Part shown: one piece after another, positions 13,411-22,773 of the stretch
Position numbering within the stretch: position 1 is the stretch's first letter
Layout of the letters: each line of letters starts with the position of its first letter
From: Octopus sinensis
Lineage: Eukaryota
Direction of reading: 5' to 3'
Assembly (NCBI RefSeq): GCF_006345805.1
Contig: NC_042999.1
Span: forward strand, 135,904,001-135,968,000
Length of the DNA stretch: 64,000 bases
Notes under the pieces: model-generated
What the model saw: the letters and a program-made list of their open reading frames with translations, nothing else
The model's database searches: none
What the model was told of the DNA's origin: nothing
Translations under genes and position numbers: made by a program

Positions 13411-14286
13411 TATATTGACATAAGTCTCAAGACTTTGGTTAGCCTTGTAGAGGAGACATGCCTCAGGTGCCATGCTGTGGGGCTGAACTCAAAACCATGT
13501 GATTGGGAAGCAAACTTCTTAAACACACAGCCACACCTGTATCTATTACTAACAAACAGATACACATTAAACTACACAGGACTCATATACAAATATATGC
13601 ATTTGTACATGCACACATTAGCAAATGCAGCAAGGGTAAGCTAGCTAATACACATTTACACACACACACACATGCATGCATACACTCACACTTAAAAACA
13701 CACATATACATACATGGTAGTGTGTCTCACATATAAAATAGTGAATTGTAAAACTTCAGTCAACTGAGACAATCCTTTCAATGAAAAGGCAACAACTCTC
13801 TCTAAGGGAGTTTAAAATCTAAAAACAATGAGCAAGAGAGTTAAATCCAATAATATCAGCTAAACCAAATTTTTGTGAAATATAGACAACGCAGTTAGAA
13901 GTGAGACTTGTCTTGAAAGCCAGCAAATGAAACTACAGACATGTTTCTATCTTGTTAAATTTCATCAGCAAAATATATTCATCTCCTTTGGGTAGGCTTG
14001 GAGATGATAAATAGATATGAAATATATATAAAATTTTATTTTATATATGAAGATAAAATTATGAAAAATATTTAAATAAAAATATATATAAAAACAGGAT
14101 ATCAACCATATTGTTGATATTTGTGTTCAACATCGTTACTCTTTCTCACGTTCTCTCTCTCTACCTCTTTGTATATACACACACACACACATACACAGAC
14201 ACACACAGACACACATATACATTAAGAGAATGAAGGATAGGAAAATATATGTACTGGTAAAAAGATTCCCCAGAGAGAGGGAGAGC

Positions 14287-14349
<63 letters not shown>

Positions 14350-15052
14350 TGATTGCTGTTTCCAATTTTAATTTCACAGGAAATTAACTGAACAATATTT
14401 ATTGTAAATAAATTTACTCAAAATAAATTTATGGAGAAGGAATCTAAAATGAAAGAAAGCAAATGCCCCAAGAGTAAGCTCTTAAAAGCAGGGCAACTAG
14501 TCTAGTCTGTTGCTCTTCAGTGACTGCAACATTTTAATGATGCAAAAGGCTATTAAATTAGCAACTCTAATTGGATAACAACAAAATACAGCAAGCAAAA
14601 CAACTCACTATCAAGTTGCTTCCTGTCTTAAATCAATGAAATAGCTTAAAGTTAGTCAACTAAAACACTGATTTTACTGACATTAGACATTTTCTGCTAT
14701 AGTGGTTCAAAGAAAACTGCATCAATCTACCACTATCACCACTACCACAACCACCACCTCCACCAAAACTGCCACCACTGCCAAAACAACACCACCACCA
14801 CCCTCGTTTATACATTTGCTTTTGCATATCTGCATGGGCTGGGGGAGGGGTTCTTCTCTAACTCAATATCTCTCTGTTGCAGTATTTTGTCAGCTTCATA
14901 AATTTCAAGCTCTTCACATCAGCTTTCATAACTTCTTTGCATGTCTTCTTCTTTCTTCTTCCTCTGCATGATCCTTCCAGTTGCATTACTTGGCACCTCT
15001 TTACCCAACTGTCTATCTTGTCCATCCTTGTCTAGTTTTCTATCAAGCACCT

Positions 15053-15277
15053 GAGCTGGCAGAAACGTTAGCACGCCGGGCGAAATGCGTAGCCGTATTT
15101 CGTCTGCCGTTACGTTCTGGGTTCAAATTCCGCCGTGGTCGACTTTGCCTTTCATCCTTTCGGGGTTGATAAATTAAGTACCAGTTACGCACTGGGGTCG
15201 ATGTAATCGACTTAATCCGTTTGTCTGTCCTCGTTTGTCCTCTCTGCGTTTAGCCCCTTGTGGGTAGTAAAGAAATA
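15053..15277 (+). mobile_element. SINE family B with 12-bp TSD
   Basis: Well preserved copy; TSD tatcaagc(a/t)cct at 15041-15052 and 15278-15289. Confidence 0.92.
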
Positions 15278-15698
15278 TATCAAGCTCCTATATGCAATTC
15301 CTTTTGTATCTAGTTCGCTGCTGCCACTGCTACCACCACCACTCAGGCTCATTTGTGCTCTGCCTTCAATGCACACTAAACATTACACTTTCAGTAGAGA
15401 ACGCATGCTTCATATCTTTCCAGCCTTCGCAAATCCTCCAATTAATTTTTTTGTCTATGTTTCAATACCTCACAAAAGCATTCATACTGTCTTACCTTTG
15501 TATGGACAGAAAACTTTCATTTCCAGCTGAAGAAATAGCTTCTTGAAATGTTTCTGTCCTGTTTATACTCTGGTTGCAAGACTTTCAGAAAACTTGCTTC
15601 TCCTGCTAATTAGATCAATGAGGTAAGGTCAGTTATCAACTATTTCCAGAGAGCCTTCAAATATTTGCAAGAGTATACTCTCATTACTAACTACTTAT

Positions 15699-16052
15699 AG
15701 GCACATGGCTCTGGGTTCAGTCCCATTGTATGGTACCTTAGGCAAGTGTCTTCTACTATAGCCTTGGGCTGACCAAAGCCTTGTGAGTGGATTTGGTAGA
15801 TGGAAACTGAAAGAAGTTCATTATATAATATATATATACATATGTGTGTCTTTGTTTGTCCCATCACCAGCACTTGACAACTGGTGTTGGTTTGTTTATG
15901 TCCCAGTAATTTAGCAGTTTGGCAAAAGAGACCAATAAGTACTAGGCTTCATAAAAAGAAAATCCTCAAGTTGATTTGTTCAACTAAAACCCTTCAAGGT
16001 GGTGCCCCAGCATGACCACAGTCAAATGAGTGAAATAAGTAAGTGATAAAAG
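15699..16052 (+). mobile_element. tRNA-derived SINE, family A
   Basis: Plus-strand copy with ggttcagtccc box, cttaggcaagtgtcttctactatagcc core and the family tail. Confidence 0.85.
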
Positions 16053-16059
16053 ATACTGT

Positions 16060-16260
16060 GCATCTGTTACATATGAAATCTTTCTTCTCAGTCAATCAAC
16101 CTTCAATCAGGCTACACCTCTTGCACACCCAATGTCTGTCGTTCATACCTACTCCTTTTCTGCATACTGAGCAAAGTCATCTCCCTCAGAGTCACACTTT
16201 CATTTTTTCAAACAGTAAACTCTTTGTTGAGTTTATTCAAGGTCTTTTAATTCCAGGCTT
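16060..16260 (-). mobile_element. RTE-clade LINE fragment (Cys-rich region)
   Basis: Reverse strand gives decayed RKGVGMN and RLTEKKDFICNRCT peptides, continuing the GKWFCSIYRRG motif seen in the 60085-60400 fragment. Confidence 0.6.
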
Positions 16261-16717
16261 TGTTTCTATGTTTGATATTTATTCTTTATTTGACAGACAT
16301 GCTTATGAAAACTAAGTTATTGGCATACATAAGCTTCCATGGACAGGAGGTTTTAAACATCTCTGCCATCATGTGAAAAATAAGCAAGTTGGGGCTGAGA
16401 ACTGAGCTTTAAGGGAAGCCTATAAGCATACTGAATTCTGTGTTGAAATCATGACTAACCCTCACCTTAGGCATGGCTGTGTAATAAGAAGCTTGCTTCC
16501 CAACCACATGGTTCCAGGATCAGTCCCACTGCATGGTACCATGGGCAAGTGTCTTTACCATAGCCTTGGGCTGACCAAAGCAATGTGAGTGGGTTTATAT
16601 ATATATATATATATATAAATACAATAAAAGGCTTCCAAATAAAGAAGCGCTGTGCTAGACACACAAAAAGGGATAAATTCATGAAAGGAATGAAAATTAA
16701 AAACCTTTACCATTTCA

Positions 16718-16800
16718 GCTAATCCTAGACCGACGGTTTCATCTATTTTTAGCAAATAAACAGAATTTATCTGCCAAGGCAAGAATCATCAGTAGGGAGC
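16718..16800 (-). ncRNA. Type I hammerhead ribozyme candidate (left arm)
   Basis: Minus strand reads gctcccta-CTGATGA-(45 nt)-GAAACC-gtc-GGTC/taggattagc. Stem I ccta:tagg plus gct:agc; stem III ACC:GGT; GUC triplet. Confidence 0.7.
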
Positions 16801-16870
16801 CTTCGTAATCCTAGATGTACAGACCATTAGAAGCACGTGCAAATCTAACAATTTGTATACCCTAACGAAG

Positions 16871-16953
16871 GCTCCCTACTGATGATTCTTGCCTTGGCAA
16901 ATAAATTCTGTTTATTTGCTAAAAATAGATGAAACCGTTGGTCTAGGATTAGC
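16871..16953 (+). ncRNA. Type I hammerhead ribozyme candidate (right arm)
   Basis: CTGATGA 16879-16885, GAAA 16931-16934, stem III ACC/GGT with a 3-nt loop, predicted cleavage after C16943. Stem I ccta:tagg. Stem II is T.T, tct:aga, an internal loop and a 9-bp hairpin gcaaataaa:tttatttgc. Confidence 0.7.
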
Positions 16954-17150
16954 TGAGATGGTAAAGGTTTTTAATTTTCATTCCTTTCATGAATTTATCC
17001 CTTTTTGTGTGTCTAGCACAGCACTTCTTTATTTGGAAGCCTTTTATTGTATTTCTATATGAATAATATATAGTCTAATGACTAATTCGTCTTTTGTGCT
17101 GGCTCACTGGTAATAATAATTTATTTTTTATTACCCTATTTACTATGTTT

Positions 17151-17194
<44 letters not shown>

Positions 17195-17814
17195 TTATGT
17201 GTGTATATCTTTGTGTCTGAGTTTGTCCTCTCCCCCACCATCACTTCACAACCGAATAACTTCTGGGGTTGATTTGTTCAACTAAAAAGCCATTTAAAGC
17301 AGTGCACCAGCATGCCCACAGTCATATGACTAAAAGAATAAAAGAATACAGCTTAGAAGTCATTCATTTACACTTAGTTTTCGTATTAACCATCAGACTG
17401 CAGAGATTCATACACTGAGAACGTCAAGTAGTAATTTATATATCCTTGGTAAAATTAATATTACTTTACAAACTGTGTGATCTTAGCATAGTAACAGTAT
17501 ATTTAATGCCAATTTCTTGTCTTTTGAACATAAACACATATGTAGAACATTAGGAATCATGTGGAAAGACTGTAGAACCATTAAGAGAGTGAGAGAGATG
17601 ATTATTATTGTAACACGAATTGATGTTATAGGACTTTTGTGATGGAGATAATTGACATATATCTATATCTGAGATTAAAATCTCATTTGGGATGACAGAT
17701 AACAGACAAGGAAGAGGAGTCTGTGAAGAACATGGGTAAGAACAATGGGAGAGGAGTCAAGATAGCACAAGATCAGCATGCTTGGACAATATTTTTTCAA
17801 GAGTGTGAAAGGAT

Positions 17815-17847
<33 letters not shown>

Positions 17848-17854
<7 letters not shown>

Positions 17855-20110
17855 GTTAGCAGTTGTAACTGACTAAGGGATAAAATATCCATATGTACTA
17901 TCAGTGTCTGTTACCTTTGTTATCCCCAGGCAATGGCATGCAGGGACACCATATATGTTAAGCACAAGTGACAATAGGATAAACAAAAGTTTATCAGGAA
18001 CTAATGCAAATAATTAGAAAATGGAGAAAAACATAGATTAACCAGTACATCGATAGGAGCACATTTAAAGCTTGTCTATTGATACAAAACAAGACATAAA
18101 AAAGCTAACAGCTGTTTCTGATCAAAATTCCCAGAATGCAGTCTATACCTAAACGCGAGAATAAAATTCATCATCTTCATAGGGTATTTGAATTAAGGTA
18201 ACTGATCTTCTTCCGAGTGAAAAACAGGAGCATACAACATAAACAAAAGGGAAAAGGTAGAGGTAAGAAAACATGGTTTAGACAAATAGTCTCAAAGCCC
18301 AATATGTTAAGTGCACATAATTATTTACCATCCGAGCTCAAAGAACATAGATGAGAGAATGAGCTATTAAAGGACTAGGGAATACTACAAGTTATTAAAG
18401 AGATGGTTAGGGAGGGGTGTCAGGGTGTTAAAGGAAGAAGTTATCCAGAAGCTGTGTGTAAATAAGATACTAATATAATACTCAAAGATGAAACCTATGT
18501 TAAATGGAGTAAAGTTTAAAAAATTTGACGTAGGTTATTAAATATAAAATTTACTTGCAGGAAATTAATACCAAGAATCTCCCCTATGGTACATAATGGA
18601 GTAAGCCTAAGTCCAGGAGTATCTTCACTGGTCAGTAACAATTTAAAACAATTCACAAGTTAAAACCATTACAAAAGGTTTGTTTATAGATAAACAAGAA
18701 AGGAAGGAAAAAAGGTAAGGAAGATAAGACAATGAGTAGAATTTAAGGGCCGCTTATGTCCATCAGTTTTTTAACAGTATAACATATGAGAGAGGAACAT
18801 AGAGACCGCCAATTAAGTGGTTAAGGGGAGGCAACAGGTCACAGTAGGCCAACAGTTCAATGAAAACACGGAAAAAAAAAACATGGCTAAACAACGTATA
18901 TAGCAAAAGGTAGTAAAAATTAATAAGTACTGGTGTGTGATAAGAGTATATTAAATAGGTGCTCTACAGGGCAACAATAAAATGGTACTGATTGTTAGGT
19001 GGATAATATTTAAGGACAAGTCACATGTTAAAATGGTATCAAGCCAACAAAAGCATTGCATAAACATGAAAGTAAATAATTTCTGTTATTATAACCAAAA
19101 AAAAAAATATATAGAGAGACACTAATGGGTACAATAGACGTGTAACATTAATGCCGAGGCCACTGGCTGGTTAATCCTATGAGAAAAGTAACCTTAAGAT
19201 AAGCATTTAACCAAGTGAGCCTAAAAAGCAAAAATAATAATAAACAAATAAAAATTAAAATAAAGATAATATACCCAAAGGTAAGCTAGAAAATTACTAA
19301 TTAAATCTAATCATTGAAATAAACAAAAGCGTAATAATTCCTAAAGGGTATAAGAATATTAGTGAGAATAGTGTGCAATAAAGACTATGAAATAAATAAT
19401 AAAATAGTAACAAAATAAAATGAAAAGGAAGACATAATCAAGCATGTGGGGAGGCAGGGTTATAGTAAGACAAATGTAAGTATGGCTAATAATGTGGCAG
19501 AAAGCCAGAGGTCATTAATGTTCTCATATCACCAATAAATAATAAAAGGCAAAATACAAGGGGGGAATACGTTAGTAAGGTGGGGGGAATGTTAATTGGT
19601 GAATGAGATAGGCAATAGATATAGGTAGTGGGTTACATTTAAAACTTAGGAGATGGGTCAGGGGAAGGGTTAGGTGTTAGATTAACTAGGAGAGCCTTGG
19701 TTATTCCTAACAGTATTATCTGTAAAAGTGGTAAGATGTAAAATAACCCCATTATACTAAAAGGGACTCCTCCTATTAGTATGCTGTGGAATTATAAAAA
19801 CTAATAAGGGGTAGTTAAATATATCTAAAGTTTATAAAGTTTATAATTATAAGAGAAAGAAAGACTTAAGTGTGTGTGTGTGGGGGTAACATATAAGGCT
19901 TAGGAAAAGGGGTAGAAGGGGTTTGTTAATAAACTGCTTACATGAGATTCAATACTTCTAAGTATGACTTCTAAAGTATGACAAAAATAAAGGAGAAAGA
20001 TGTAGACCCTGTGTTAAACTAACATGTGCTACTAATTATAAAAACTGTGGGTTATAAGTACTATTATGGAGTAGTACGAGTGTTTCTAGTGTTATTTATA
20101 TCTATTGAAA
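17848..20110 (-). mobile_element. ORF-less 3' region / pseudo-LTR of a Penelope-like element (2.26 kb)
   Basis: 17848-18128 matches 25977-26262 and, in part, 22774-22923. About 19640-20110 is homologous to about 22950-23380, just 3' of the Penelope ORF. Bounded by (TA)n on both sides. Confidence 0.85.
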
Positions 20111-20123
20111 GTAGAGATAGTAG

Positions 20124-20179
<56 letters not shown>

Positions 20180-20329
20180 AATTAAGGACTGCACATGAAA
20201 AGTGGACAGTCAACATGCTAGATATAGACGTCAAATCGCCATTCTCCACAAAAAAGTTTATGTTCTCAGATCAAACTCAACAAAACCAAAGTAATAAACA
20301 AGTGAAAAATATACGAAATAAATATTTAC

Positions 20330-20394
20330 CCATGTACTAAATTTAGTTTCAGCTGTTATTTTCCGCAAGGAAAAGTGCAGCATCATCAGCATGG
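20330..20394 (-). ncRNA. Type I hammerhead ribozyme candidate
   Basis: Minus strand reads ccatg-CTGATGA-t gctg cac ttttcc ttgc ggaaaa taa cagc t-GAAAC taaattta GTA/catgg. Stem I is 5 bp perfect; stem II is gctg:cagc plus ttttcc:ggaaaa; stem III is palindromic actaaatttagt; GUA triplet. Confidence 0.8.
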
Positions 20395-20570
20395 TCCCAT
20401 ATAAAATGTAATTTGCTGGACTAAATGCCAACACGACACCAAAATATCGCGTGCATGGAGTCCGGCCTATTACATTTGAAATATATATTTCAAATGCCAC
20501 CACTTTGGCGCGATGAGATCCGAGAAAATTAGCCTGCGGAAAATAACAGCTGAAACTAAATTTAGTACAT

Positions 20571-22488
20571 CATCATCATCATCATCATCATTTAGCGTCC
20601 GTTTTCCATGCTAGCATGGGTTGGACGGTTCAACTGGGGTCTGGGGAGCCCGAAGGCTGCACCAGGCCAGTCAGATCTGGCAGTGTTTCTACAGCTGGAT
20701 GCCCTTCCTAACGCCAACCACTCCGAGAGTGTAGTGGGTGATTTTATGTGCCACCGACACAGGTGCCAGACGAGGCTGGCGAACGGCCACGCTCGGATGG
20801 GTTGTTTTTATGTGCCACCGACACAGGTGCCAGACGAGGCTGGCAGACGGCCACGCTCGGATGGTGTTTTTATGTGCCACCGACACAGGTGCCAGATGAG
20901 GCTGGCGGACGGCCACGATCGGATGGTGTTTGTTACGTCCCCAAAGCACGGAGGCCAGTCTATGCGGTACTGGCTACGGCCACGTTCGGATGATTTTCTT
21001 GTGTGCCACCGGCACTGGTACCACAAAGATACAAATTCCATTTATGTTCATCTATTTTGATTTGTTTTGATTTGATTTGATTTGATTTGATTTGATTTGA
21101 TTTTCACTTGCCTCAACAGGTCTTCACAAGTGTCACAAGAAGGAAGGTATGCATAGGTGGACTGTCTACGTCGCCGGGTCTTCGGATGGTGTCTTTATGT
21201 GCCACCGACACAGGTGCCAGATGTGGCTGGCGAACGGCCACGATCGGATGGTTTTCTTGTGTGCCACCGGTACTGGAACCACAAAGATACAAATTCCATT
21301 GATGTTCATCTATTTTGATTTGTTTTGATTTCACTTGCCTCAACAGGTCTTCACAAGTGTCACGCGTGTCACACACTTGCCTCAACAGGTCTCCACAAGT
21401 GTCACACACTTGCCTCTGCCTCAACAGGTCTTCACAAGTGTCACACACTTGCCTCTGCCTCAACAGGTCTTCACAAGTGTCATAAGAGGGAAGGTAAGCA
21501 CAGGTGGACTGACTACGTCGCCGGGTCTTTGGATGGTGGTGGTGTTTTTATGTGCCACCGACACAGGTGCCAGGTGAGGCTGGCGAACGGCCACGATCAG
21601 ATGGTGTTTGTTGTGCCCACAGCACGGAGGCCAGTCGACGGCCACGTTCGGATGGTTTTCTTGTGTGCCACCGGTACTGGAACCACAAAGATACAAATTC
21701 CATTGATATTCATCTATTTTGATTTGGTTTGATTTTCACTTGCCTCAACAGGTCTTCACAAGGGTCACACACTTGCCTCAACAGGTCTCCACAAGTGTCA
21801 CACTTGCCTCTGCCTCAACAGGTCTTCACAAGTGTCACACACTTGCCTCAACAGGTCTTCACAAGTGTCATAAGAGGGAAGGTATGCACAGGTGGACTGA
21901 CTACGTCGCCGGGTCTTCGGATGGTGTCTTTATGTGCCACCGGCACAGGTGCCAGATGAGGCTGGCGAACGGCCACGATCGGATGGTGTGTGTTGTGCCC
22001 ACAGCACGGAGGCCAGTCGATGCGGTACTGGTTACGGCCACGTTTGGGTGGTTTTCTTGTGTGCCACCGGCACTGGTACCACGAAGAATACAATTCCACT
22101 GATGTTCATCTATTTTGATTTGTTTTGATTTGATTTGATTTTCACTTGCCTCAACAGGTCTTCATAAGTGTCACAAGAAGGAAGGTATGCACAGGACTGA
22201 CTACGTCCCCGGTCGGGGCCACGGGTTATGGCCTGACTAGTCTTGCCGGGTCTTCTCATGCACAGCATACTTCCATAGGTCTCGGTCTCTAGACATTTCC
22301 TTAGTGAGACCTAAAGTTCGAAGGTCGTGCTTCACCACCTCGTCCAGGTTTTCCTGGGTCTACCTCTTCCACAGGTTCCCTCCACTGCTAGGGTGTAGCA
22401 CTTTTGCACACAACTATCTTCAGCCTTTCTTGTCACATGACCATACCAGCGCAGCCGTCTCTCTTGCACGCCACAACTGACGCTTCTT
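20571..22488 (-). mobile_element. 5'-truncated RTE-clade LINE with tandemly expanded 3' UTR and (GAT)n tail
   Basis: Minus strand about 22200-22488 encodes VQERRLRWYGHVTRK...GTCGRGRPRKTW...DLRTLGLTKEMSRDRDLWKYAVHEKTRQD*, a typical RTE ORF end. The UTR repeats follow and end in tgatgatgatg at 20571-20590. Confidence 0.9.
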
Positions 22489-22729
22489 GGGTAAATATTT
22501 ATTTCATATATTTTTCACTTGTTTATTACTTTGGTTTTGTTGAGTTTGATCTGAGAACATAAACTTTTTTGTGGAGAATGGCGATTTGACGTCTATATCT
22601 AGCATGTTGACTGTCCACTTTTCGTGTGCAGTCCTTAATTGGTATATATAAATATTTTAATCTTCGGATTCTTTTTTAATATGCTAGACCACTGGTTCTA
22701 ATTGATAAATATCAATTTTTACCCTAAAT

Positions 22730-22769
<40 letters not shown>

Positions 22770-22773
22770 ATAT

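Larger units (their letters stand above)
16617..17054. mobile_element. Foldback element: 190-bp inverted arms around a 58-bp spacer, each arm carrying a hammerhead ribozyme candidate
   Basis: Arms 16617-16806 and 16865-17054 are reverse complements with 4 mismatches, all transitions. Left flank is (TA)n; right flank is TA-rich. Confidence 0.95.
20178..22642. mobile_element. Foldback element (originally 190-bp arms + 167-bp spacer) whose right arm is split by an RTE insertion
   Basis: 20178-20332 is the reverse complement of 22488-22642 (2 mismatches); 20332-20367 is the perfect reverse complement of 20535-20570. Removing the RTE rebuilds one continuous right arm. TA flanks. Confidence 0.9.

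Noticed and set aside
15524-15561. CTGAAGA...GAAA...GTC hammerhead-like string
   Set aside because: Only a 3-bp stem I, a 2-bp stem II and a wobble-based stem III; compatible with chance.
20332-20570. Independent 239-bp MITE with 36-bp TIRs
   Set aside because: Better explained as the inner part of a 190-bp-arm foldback whose right arm was split by the RTE.
21100-22170. CRISPR-like appearance of repeated cacttgcctcaacaggtcttcacaagtgtca
   Set aside because: The repeats are tandem without unique spacers, sit in an RTE 3' UTR, and there are no cas genes; the context is eukaryotic.
22651-22735. Possible truncated hammerhead half (hairpin + GAACC-agt-GGTC, minus strand) between TA tracts
   Set aside because: Lacks CUGANGA and one A of GAAA; too incomplete to call.
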